Source: Candidatus Saccharimonadota bacterium
GTDB taxonomy: Bacteria > Patescibacteriota > Saccharimonadia > CAILAD01 > BJGX01
Direction of reading: 5' to 3'
Length of the DNA stretch: 64,000 nt
Assembly: GCA_046350735.1 (NCBI GenBank)
Contig: JAXLZU010000001.1
Coordinates: 12,530 to 76,529, forward strand
Position 1 is the first letter of the stretch; the number at the start of each line of letters is the position of its first letter. Position numbers and translations under genes: made by a program. Positions 8,536-17,309 of the stretch are shown here, piece after piece. Below the pieces are notes generated by a model that was given only the letters and a program-made list of their open reading frames with translations, was not told the origin of the DNA and searched no databases.

Positions 8536-9402
8536 ATGAGTGTCGCTGCTACCGAAAAAAAACTCCGTTCTGCAATTATCTCAGTAATTTGTTATGGTGC
8601 TATTTATGGTGTAGCCTACACCGATAACGAAATTTTGCGCTATATTCCGGTAAAAGCGAGTATTGTTGGTCTTCGCAATCACTTAGCCAGACTACAAAAA
8701 CGCGGTATCATATCTGTCGATAAGCAAGGTAGATACAAGCTAAAAAGCTGTAGTTATCCCCCACAACGCACGCAGCAAAAAAACTGGCAAGAGATAGTGC
8801 ACTCTGCCAAGAAGCACACTCGCCTTCTACGCGCCATACCATTTATTAAGTCTATTGTAGTACTGCCACAAAGTGACGAGCGTAGTATACGTATAGCGGT
8901 TATTGCTTTGCCGGCACGTCTGCATCTTGCCAGGCTCTTGGTAGAAAAGTTTTTTGCCTCTCGCACTCTAGAAAACTCGCAAAAAAAACAAATAGAGGTA
9001 ATTGATACTCTGTATTTTACTACGGCCGGTCTGCGCTTTTTGGATGATTTTGGGTTTTCTGACTTAGACCGTACTGTTTGCCTACTTAATGCCAAGCCTA
9101 TTTTTGGCGAAAAAGTCTGGCAAACAATGCTAGAAAAAAACGACTATATTCGCACCCAATGCCCAAATTATATTTGGGCTCGTAATCATACTGCGGTGTA
9201 CGCCAGTTCTATTCGCTTTCTCGATAGTTACGACGATAAAGCATATAGAGCATTTTTACGTTCCATGGCACGCAAAAAAGAGTACCGCCACGGTGGAGCC
9301 TTACTACGAATTCGGCCCGATGTTATTATTGCCGACCCATATGCCAAAAAGAAAAAGATACTTAGCCAACGCTTTTCTCAGGCCATGCAAAAGGTGAAGT
9401 AA
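8536..9402 (+). CDS. hypothetical protein (288 aa), basic, no recognised family
   Basis: ORF with plausible RBS and codon usage matching the low-GC background. No motif recognised. Confidence 0.4.
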   Translation: MSVAATEKKLRSAIISVICYGAIYGVAYTDNEILRYIPVKASIVGLRNHLARLQKRGIISVDKQGRYKLKSCSYPPQRTQQKNWQEIVHSAKKHTRLLRAIPFIKSIVVLPQSDERSIRIAVIALPARLHLARLLVEKFFASRTLENSQKKQIEVIDTLYFTTAGLRFLDDFGFSDLDRTVCLLNAKPIFGEKVWQTMLEKNDYIRTQCPNYIWARNHTAVYASSIRFLDSYDDKAYRAFLRSMARKKEYRHGGALLRIRPDVIIADPYAKKKKILSQRFSQAMQKVK

Positions 9403-9432
9403 AAAATAATATTATAAAATAGTCAAAAGTTA

Positions 9433-9461
9433 TTGACAAATTTAGTAGGCTGTGCTAGAAT
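9433..9461 (+). promoter_or_regulatory. consensus sigma70 promoter TTGACA-N17-TAGAAT driving the large GC-rich element
   Basis: ttgaca at 9433-9438 and tagaat at 9456-9461. Confidence 0.6.
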
Positions 9462-9467
9462 ACTTGT

Positions 9468-10233
9468 TATCGCTTCGGGAGACCGAAGTGCGCAGCTTGA
9501 CGAAGTAAAGGAAAAAAGTCAAACAATCTTGGGACCGGCCACGTGCCACGGCAAATGCGAAGTCTAAGTGCCACGCTCGTCAGTAGTGTTTCACTGCTGT
9601 CCGGCAGTTCGGCAGTCGTCGCCGGTCTCAAGTGCGGCGGTGGCGGCCAGGTAACCAATCCTGGCGGCCACCGCCCTCGTCCCACCTACAACCCAGATAA
9701 GATGCTAAGGAGGTGATTCCGCCCGACTATTCGAGCCCCTGGCCGCAGGGTTGAGGGGCACGGGGAAAACCCGCACACGCACACGGATGCACACACAGAA
9801 CCGCCCGCCGGCGATCGAGCCGGCTTCGACGAGATACGATCTAACGGGGGAGCAATGATCGGACTTCTCACCAGTTAGCCTAGTCATCTTGCAGTTCTGT
9901 ACTCTGGTGTAGAGCGGTTGCTCTCGCAGTGTACAGAAAGGTGGCCGGGCACCCCTCATGGGGATGATCAGACAGAGAACAGCGTGCCGCGATAACAAAG
10001 GTATAGGCCGGTATGCGGACTTCGGAGGATGCTGAGCGATAAATCATACCGCATCAGCCACCAAAGTCGATACAACGCCCAGAACAGCCTTTGCTCGGCA
10101 TTTAACGCTGTCAGTTCCGTCGTCGCCGGGTGTGGTTCTCCGCCCAGGAGAACCCACCCGGCACGACACGACTTTTACTTCGTCGCTTTTCCAGATAGAT
10201 TAATTTGTTAATACATCTGTAGAAGAATAAAAA
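9468..10233 (+). ncRNA. large (~770 nt) GC-rich, highly structured noncoding RNA candidate upstream of groESL; family unknown
   Basis: No plus-strand ORF of 60 codons or more until a 60-aa GTG-initiated one at 10029..10211, despite high GC. 5' hairpin cttcgg-GAGA-ccgaag (9473-9488, GNRA loop). Closing helix gacgaagtaaa..aagtc (9499-9520) pairs with gacttttacttcgtc (10170-10184). Internal near-perfect 16-bp hairpin at 9636-9675 and 16-bp hairpin at 10126-10161. CA-repeat tract cacgcacacggatgcacacaca. Confidence 0.5.
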
Positions 10234-10255
10234 CACCCGACAAGGGTGTTTTTTG
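10234..10255 (+). terminator. intrinsic terminator of the large GC-rich element
   Basis: cacccgacaagggtg hairpin followed by tttttt. Confidence 0.65.
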
Positions 10256-10305
10256 TTATTTACCCCGTTAGAGTAAATAATTACTATTTCATTAGTCTAT
10301 CGGGG

Positions 10306-10334
10306 TTGACTATATTTTTGTCTCGCTTTACACT
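10306..10334 (+). promoter_or_regulatory. groESL promoter TTGACT-N17-TACACT
   Basis: ttgact at 10306-10311 and tacact at 10329-10334, immediately followed by CIRCE. Confidence 0.55.
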
Positions 10335-10339
10335 AAATA

Positions 10340-10366
10340 TTAGCACTCTCACTATTAGAGTGCTAA
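10340..10366 (+). promoter_or_regulatory. CIRCE operator (HrcA binding site), perfect consensus
   Basis: TTAGCACTC-tcactatta-GAGTGCTAA is an exact 9-N9-9 inverted repeat overlapping the transcription start of groES. Confidence 0.85.
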
Positions 10367-10454
10367 TGCTTTCAAATAACGACTACTGTTCGAGGTTTGT
10401 CGAGAATACGTTCTCGCTAATGCTCGAATAATAACCAAAGAAGGAGATAGCACA

Positions 10455-12367
<1,913 letters not shown>

Positions 12368-12390
12368 CTCGCTACTACACCATTAAAAAA

Positions 12391-12416
12391 GACCTCTGTA
12401 ACAGGGGTCTTTTTTA
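12391..12416 (+). terminator. groESL intrinsic terminator
   Basis: gacctctgt-a-acaggggtc followed by ttttttaat. Confidence 0.6.
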
Positions 12417-12479
12417 ATATTGACTATACTACTTTTTTATTATACTATGTCTATCTGCACCTACCCATGAGACATCAAG

Positions 12480-12941
12480 ATGAAAGCAGGTGTTATGCCA
12501 CCAGTTGGGAGTTTGGTACGGCGATCGCTACGCGAGGCGAGGCGTTCTACCGTAAGATATCGGGTTCCTGCAGTCGGTGAAATCTGTATTGTAAACGTCC
12601 TAGCATTTAACGAGGGTTTGGTGGAAGGCAAAGATAGACCAGGTGTTGTTATTGCACCATTTCGTGCACAAGCCAACCACTGGAAAGTAATGGGCCTTAC
12701 TTCTAAGCGTCAGTTTAATAACGGAGCACCTCGCAAACCACTGCTCGACTACGAGAAGTATGGGCTTAGTAGACAGAGTTGCCTCTGGAGTCCGCGACTA
12801 CCTATCTTGCCACAGTCTGATATTAAGCGAAGAATTGCAGTAATTACTCCAAAAGATGCAATGCAAATTATTCGCTACTGCAACCTGACAGATTATGAGG
12901 CAGAGTGTCTCATTAAGGCAGCTAGAGCTGCACATCTTTAA
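12480..12941 (+). CDS. PemK/MazF-like (Kid/CcdB fold) toxin-family protein with N-terminal extension; no cognate antitoxin gene seen
   Basis: Blocks EICIVNVLAFNEGLVEGKDRPGVVIAP, KVMGLTSK and IAVITPKDAMQIIRYC resemble the MazF/PemK pattern (G.I..V.F...E..K.RP.VVIS ... V.P.TS ... I). True start may be internal (ATG 12495 with aggtg RBS). Own promoter-like ttgact..tatact upstream and terminator downstream. Confidence 0.4.
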   Translation: MKAGVMPPVGSLVRRSLREARRSTVRYRVPAVGEICIVNVLAFNEGLVEGKDRPGVVIAPFRAQANHWKVMGLTSKRQFNNGAPRKPLLDYEKYGLSRQSCLWSPRLPILPQSDIKRRIAVITPKDAMQIIRYCNLTDYEAECLIKAARAAHL

Positions 12942-12947
12942 TTTAGT

Positions 12948-12970
12948 AACCTCTGGAATCAGAGGTTTTT
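12948..12970 (+). terminator. intrinsic terminator after MazF-like gene
   Basis: aacctctg-gaat-cagaggtt followed by ttt. Confidence 0.55.
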
Positions 12971-12978
12971 AATTTGTA

Positions 12979-13007
12979 TTGACTTTTTATAGTACTTATG
13001 CTACAAT
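12979..13007 (+). promoter_or_regulatory. consensus promoter TTGACT-N17-TGcTACAAT (extended -10) for the high-GC small gene
   Basis: ttgact at 12979-12984 and tgctacaat at 12999-13007. Confidence 0.6.
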
Positions 13008-13060
13008 AGCGCACGAGTCTGATAAGTAGATAAGTTCACGACTAGTACCAGGGAGAAGCA

Positions 13061-13351
13061 TTGACCAACATCATCGTGGTGCAGGGCCCCACCGGTGTGG
13101 CACACGTGGTTGACCTCGGCGAGGTCGAAGAGATCTTCGACTTGCCGGCCTACCAGGACGGCCCGCACGCGGCACCAGTGCACGACCCGGTCGAAGAGGA
13201 CGCCGTCTACGGCACCAGCTTCGACCCGCACCGGCAGCGGGTGCTCGAGGAGATCTCGCTTGGTGGGATCAGCCCATGCACGGTACGAGAGCACCGTCGC
13301 GAGCTCCGCACCGACGGCCACCCGGCCCGGCCCACCAAGTGGCACAAGTAG
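13061..13351 (+). CDS. high-GC (actinobacterial-style codon usage) small protein, 96 aa, TTG start; no recognised family
   Basis: RBS gggagaag 5 nt before TTG 13061. Third codon positions almost all G/C (acc aac atc atc gtg gtg cag ggc ccc acc ggt...). Surrounded by AT-rich promoter and terminator. Protein is acidic N-terminus plus basic tail. Confidence 0.5.
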   Translation: MTNIIVVQGPTGVAHVVDLGEVEEIFDLPAYQDGPHAAPVHDPVEEDAVYGTSFDPHRQRVLEEISLGGISPCTVREHRRELRTDGHPARPTKWHK

Positions 13352-13387
13352 CCACTTGCTGACAGCAGGTATAAGGCCTGACCACCC

Positions 13388-13425
13388 AGACCAGCTCACC
13401 CGAGCTGGTCTTTACTTTGTATCTT
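13388..13425 (+). terminator. intrinsic terminator of high-GC small gene
   Basis: agaccagctc-accc-gagctggtct followed by ttactttgtatctt. Confidence 0.55.
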
Positions 13426-13534
13426 ATAATCAGTTGTGAAATGTGTAAAAATTATAGTGCATTTCACAGCTAGAAATCGTATTATATATCTGATATACTA
13501 ATAACCGTTTCGTACCTAATACAAGGAGAGTGAG

Positions 13535-14335
13535 ATGGCCACTCCTCTAGAGTTACAGCGCCAAGCCGACGAGTTTCGTTGTGCAGGCAGGGGTGATAGA
13601 GCAATTCCTCGCTATCAAGAAGCAATAAGGTTGTATACAGAATCTGATCAGTTATTAGATGCTACAGAATGTCTCCATATGCTTGGAGTAAGTCTCATCT
13701 TCGAAGATAGATATGATGAAGGTAAAGCAGCACTCAAGCAGGCATTAGAAGAGAGAGAAAAACAGCAACGTGTGGTAGATGTGGCTCGAGTACAGCGTGA
13801 TATGGGTATTGCCGAGATGGTTATGCGACACTATCTGTTAGCAGTAGAGCTACTTCTAAAGAGTCGTGAAACCCTTTTGGTGATAGATAGCCATGGTGAA
13901 AGAGGTATTACCGAGGCCAAGCTAGGCAGGTTGTACTCTCTTACTGGTGAATTCTCTTCTGTAGATGAGTGCTTTGATGAGGCATATGTGCTAATTGGTA
14001 AGGCAGATAATCTATCTTACCTAGTAGCAGCACATATCGATAATGCAATTGCCTGTCTCGAAAGAGGTCAGTTTGGCCATCTAGATAATCACCTCACCAC
14101 TGCATGGCGTCTTCTAGAAGAATCTGGGCAGCTACAGCAACAAATACGACGTAAGCTACAGATCTATGCCCTCCAAGTGCGTAGCGCTGTTAACAAAGCC
14201 GAATGGGGCGTTGCGCGCTCTATTTACAAGCAATATTACCTAAATACTGCAGATGGCGTTTCACAAGGCAATCTGGCTTCTCTAGACAGAGAATTACGAG
14301 TAAGTGAATTACCATCTCTACTTAGTTTGCCATAG
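13535..14335 (+). CDS. TPR-like helical-repeat protein (266 aa), function unknown
   Basis: RBS aaggagag. Repeated amphipathic helix pairs (AIRLYTESDQLLDATECLHMLGVSLI, GIAEMVMRHYLLAVELLLKS, TEAKLGRLYSLTGEF...). Intermediate GC. Confidence 0.4.
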   Translation: MATPLELQRQADEFRCAGRGDRAIPRYQEAIRLYTESDQLLDATECLHMLGVSLIFEDRYDEGKAALKQALEEREKQQRVVDVARVQRDMGIAEMVMRHYLLAVELLLKSRETLLVIDSHGERGITEAKLGRLYSLTGEFSSVDECFDEAYVLIGKADNLSYLVAAHIDNAIACLERGQFGHLDNHLTTAWRLLEESGQLQQQIRRKLQIYALQVRSAVNKAEWGVARSIYKQYYLNTADGVSQGNLASLDRELRVSELPSLLSLP

Positions 14336-14338
14336 TTT

Positions 14339-14364
14339 ACCTATCCAAAATGGATAGGTTTTTT
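14339..14364 (+). terminator. intrinsic terminator after TPR-like gene
   Basis: acctatcc-aaaa-tggataggt followed by tttttt. Confidence 0.6.
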
Positions 14365-14429
14365 ATATCTTATAAACACTTTTTTATATCTGTAGAGTAG
14401 AAAAAATAGGGCTTTTTTGATAAAAAGTA

Positions 14430-14458
14430 TTGACATTTATTATAAAGTTTGCTATACT
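14430..14458 (+). promoter_or_regulatory. consensus promoter TTGACA-N17-TGcTATACT followed by a ~175-nt structured leader
   Basis: ttgaca at 14430-14435 and tatact at 14453-14458. Leader hairpins include acacttt-gaaa-agagtgt and gattaacc-N10-ggttaatc just upstream of RBS AGGAGG (14626-14631). Confidence 0.6.
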
Positions 14459-14641
14459 AAGCAGCGACACTTTGAAAAGAGTGTAGCAAGTTGCAAATAC
14501 GTCCCTAGACAAAAGCTTTGTAGCACTGGCTGGCAGATGCATACGCCAGCGTGTGCTGCAAAGCCGTATAAAGATAAGATGTCTTTATATGTAGATTAAC
14601 CGAAACCAAGTAGGTTAATCTGGCCCAGGAGGGCCTTTGTC

Positions 14642-15529
14642 ATGACCAAGACCACGAAGTCCACCCGCCGCAACAAGCCGATCCCCGTCCCCGTCGACCG
14701 CGAGAAGGTCACCGAGGAGCTCAACACCAGCATCCAGGCGTGCAACGCCGACCCTCGCTACGTCGAGGTGAAGCAGCACATCGAGGCCCACGACGCCGCC
14801 ATCGAGGCCGGCGCCGAGGGCAAGCCCCTGGGCTGGGTGCTCGACGCCCTGCAGATCCACGGCCAGGACGTCATGCGCAACAAGCGCATGATCGAGACCG
14901 CGGTGAAGGTGTTCAACGGCATCCTCTCGACCCTCGAGAGCGCCGACGGGCAGGCCGAGGCCGCGGCCCAGGTCGAGCTGACGCTCGAGCTGGCCAAGGA
15001 GCTCGACGAGTGGGCCAACAACGGCTGGGAGACCTACATGCAGGACTTCAAGCGCGAGGTCCGCGGCATGAGCGCCGAGTACCTCACCGACCGGCTGGGG
15101 TTCCCAGCCGATCAGGTGACCATCTCGGAGGGTCTCGGTACGGTGTCGATCTCCGACACCATCTACCACATCCTCAGCAACCCGAAGGTGCTCGAGCACC
15201 GGGGCTTCCGCAAGTTCGCCCTCAGCACCTTCGCGGCCTTCTACCGGTACGCCTTCGGGCAGACCGGTCGGGAGGACCAGGACCTGCTCGCCCAGGCCCG
15301 CGCCATCGACGTCTCCCTGTACGGGGAGGAGAAGGTGGCCGAGCGCGAGGCCGAGCGGGCCAAGCCCGCCCACGTGCAGACCTCGACCAGCTCGGGCGGC
15401 ACCGGCGGCCGCAAGACCGAGTCCAAGCGTCGCGCCCAGGAGCGCGGTCGTGCGGAGTACGACCAGCGGATGTCCAACCCCGAGACCAAGCGGGGGTACG
15501 AGCAGGTCGGTGGCCGCAAGGGCAAGTAG
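14642..15529 (+). CDS. high-GC (GC3 near 100%) protein of unknown function, 295 aa; probable horizontally acquired gene of actinobacterial-type composition
   Basis: AGGAGG RBS. ORF atg acc aag acc acg aag tcc acc cgc cgc aac aag ccg atc ccc... has G/C in nearly every third position. Multiple overlapping open frames on both strands are the expected artefact of GC-rich coding DNA. C-terminal basic tail KRRAQERGRAEYDQR. Confidence 0.55.
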   Translation: MTKTTKSTRRNKPIPVPVDREKVTEELNTSIQACNADPRYVEVKQHIEAHDAAIEAGAEGKPLGWVLDALQIHGQDVMRNKRMIETAVKVFNGILSTLESADGQAEAAAQVELTLELAKELDEWANNGWETYMQDFKREVRGMSAEYLTDRLGFPADQVTISEGLGTVSISDTIYHILSNPKVLEHRGFRKFALSTFAAFYRYAFGQTGREDQDLLAQARAIDVSLYGEEKVAEREAERAKPAHVQTSTSSGGTGGRKTESKRRAQERGRAEYDQRMSNPETKRGYEQVGGRKGK

Positions 15530-15671
15530 GCTTCAACGCCTACACGGTGGTAGCTCAGAACCACTGACAACACAAATCTGAGACTCAGCCCATCGCTGGG
15601 GTCGGAAGCTAGCACTTCGAGTGCTAAGTCTCCTACCGAGACTGCTTCCGGCCCCATGTGGGCCACACAGT

Positions 15672-15705
15672 CCGTAGTTTAGAAAAAGCTACGGGCTTTT
15701 TCTTT
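15672..15705 (+). terminator. intrinsic terminator of the high-GC gene
   Basis: ccgtag-tttagaaaaag-ctacgg followed by gctttttctttt. Confidence 0.55.
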
Positions 15706-15779
15706 TACAAAAATATTGTCATTCTGAGGCACACAGTTCTTACTTTGTTCAAACAATATTGTTCGAGGTAATCCGAGAA

Positions 15780-17105
15780 CTACTGCAAGCTCTTTTGTAT
15801 CTCTAGGGTTACCGCTGCAGCGGCTAGGTTGGTGGCTATCTTAGAATCGTACCCTGCTAAATAATTACTAACCATCTCGCGCAGATTGTTATTGGTGGCA
15901 TAGTTAATTCCCCTGTACCAATCACTAGCAGTGGCTATCTGGCGGGCAAATGGGGCCAAGTCTTTATCGTTATACTGTTGAGCAACAAGATCTCTCCTTG
16001 CTGCTGGCCATAGACTAGCCTGAGAGTAAAGTAGTTGTTGGTTTTTACTAGTAGCAAAGCCTAAGAAGTCCCAAGCAATCTCGCTATTCTTACTCGTCTT
16101 GCTTACTCCTTGTGTAAATATTACCCCATAATTAAGTGGTGTTTTAGGGTTGGTTTGTGGTAGAGCAACCATAGTAAAGGGTAGGTTGGTATTCTGTTTG
16201 CGTAGGGTCTTAGCTACCATTGGATAATCTATCATCATTTGTGTCTTTCCAGTTGCAAAGGCAGTTACGCTCGAGCCCAGCGCATCGCTCCAGGTATAGT
16301 TCTCTTTGCTGGGCTGAGCAAAGCTAGCATAATATTCTAATGCCTTGCTGCCAGATGAGTAGCCAGTACTATCTGCAAGCTGAAAAGTAGCTTTGGTAGG
16401 GGGTGAGTTTGTCATAACAGCACCATTTTGCATCATAAACATACTAATAATATCAGGGTAGCTATGAACAGCGGCAGTACCGAGAGCAGCTCCAGAACTA
16501 TATAGCGTCTGGCCTTGCTTATTACGAACACTACTATTGGCTTTATCAAACTCTTGCCAGGTACTTGGTGGTGAGCTAATATTGGCTTTTTTAAATGCAT
16601 CGGTATTATAAAACAAACCAAGTGTAGCAATACCAAACGGCATGCCATAGATGTTCTTGCCACTTACTAGGCTTTTACTAGCAAAATCGGCAAAGGTTTG
16701 ATTAAATTGCTCGGCAGTTATCACACTCTCAGGCGCAGGCTGGAGTGATTTTTGATAGAGCGGTAAGCCATCGTTACGAAATCCAAACATATCAGGCAAT
16801 GAACCAGCAGCCTGGGCCTGCAAAACTTTTGCCTGATAATTAGCCGGGTCTATATAGGTAATATTTACCGTAACATTAGGATGTAGCTTCTTATAGTTGG
16901 CCAATACTGCATCTAAATTACTGGCTTCATCACTTGGCAACCAGTAGCTAAGAGTAATTGGCGAGGTGGGGTAGACCACTTTTGACTGATACTCGATACT
17001 TGGTGAAGTAAAGAGTCCGCTACTCTGTGTAAGAACATAGATAAGTGTGGCGATAATTAATCCACATAGAATAAGTGCAGTCAGCTTGAGGTAGCGATGT
17101 TTCAT
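15780..17105 (-). CDS. ABC transporter extracellular solute-binding protein (family 1, sugar-type); orphan (no permease/ATPase adjacent)
   Basis: Start trimmed to MKHRYLKLTALILCGLIIATL (signal/anchor; minus ATG at 17105). ~440 aa with SBP_bac_1-like composition. Confidence 0.55.
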   Translation of the reverse strand: MKHRYLKLTALILCGLIIATLIYVLTQSSGLFTSPSIEYQSKVVYPTSPITLSYWLPSDEASNLDAVLANYKKLHPNVTVNITYIDPANYQAKVLQAQAAGSLPDMFGFRNDGLPLYQKSLQPAPESVITAEQFNQTFADFASKSLVSGKNIYGMPFGIATLGLFYNTDAFKKANISSPPSTWQEFDKANSSVRNKQGQTLYSSGAALGTAAVHSYPDIISMFMMQNGAVMTNSPPTKATFQLADSTGYSSGSKALEYYASFAQPSKENYTWSDALGSSVTAFATGKTQMMIDYPMVAKTLRKQNTNLPFTMVALPQTNPKTPLNYGVIFTQGVSKTSKNSEIAWDFLGFATSKNQQLLYSQASLWPAARRDLVAQQYNDKDLAPFARQIATASDWYRGINYATNNNLREMVSNYLAGYDSKIATNLAAAAVTLEIQKSLQ

Positions 17106-17143
17106 ATAAATATTGTACCAGACAAGCAAACTCAATAATGACT

Positions 17144-17232
17144 GGCGGAGAGGGAGGGATTCGAACCCTCGATAGAGTTGCCCCTATACCACCTTTCCAA
17201 GGTGGCGCACTCGGCCACTATGCGACCTCTCC
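17144..17232 (-). tRNA. tRNA-Ser (anticodon GGA), long variable arm, CCA encoded
   Basis: Reverse complement GGAGAGGTCGCATAGTGGCCGAGTGCGCCACCTTGGAAAGGTGG...GGGTTCGAATCCCTCCCTCTCCGCCA. Anticodon loop TTGGAAA. Confidence 0.85.
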
Positions 17233-17309
17233 GTATCTGACTACTTTATCAGTTTAGCAAGTTGTTATCTATTAAAAAACCGGCTCATGTCTATTAGAGC
17301 CGGAAATAC

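Noticed and set aside
9467-10211. Small ORFs inside the large GC-rich element (9467..9685-, 9686..9871-, 9705..9998-, 10029..10211+)
   Set aside because: Short, no RBS, low-complexity or implausible translations. The minus-strand ones are antisense to the promoter/terminator-defined transcript. The element is better explained as noncoding RNA or a decayed gene.
8076-10255. Attempted assignment of the two GC-rich elements to RNase P RNA or tmRNA
   Set aside because: I could not find the GGAAAGUCCGGGC (CR-I) or ACAGAAnCCGGCUUA (CR-V) RNase P blocks, a tRNA-like GGUUCGAnUCC-ACCA 3' end, or an ...ALAA-stop tag frame for tmRNA. Identity is left open rather than forced.
13001-13439. ORFs 13001..13399(-) and 13095..13439(+) overlapping the high-GC mini-gene
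   Set aside because: Same GC-rich artefact. The 13061..13351(+) frame has the RBS and sits correctly between promoter and terminator.
14615-15666. Multiple long overlapping ORFs on both strands (14615..15373-, 14740..15567+, 15222..15536-, 15241..15666-, 14758..15021-)
   Set aside because: Expected stop-codon depletion in ~65% GC DNA. Only 14642..15529(+) has an AGGAGG RBS, a native promoter and leader, and sensible G/C third-position periodicity.
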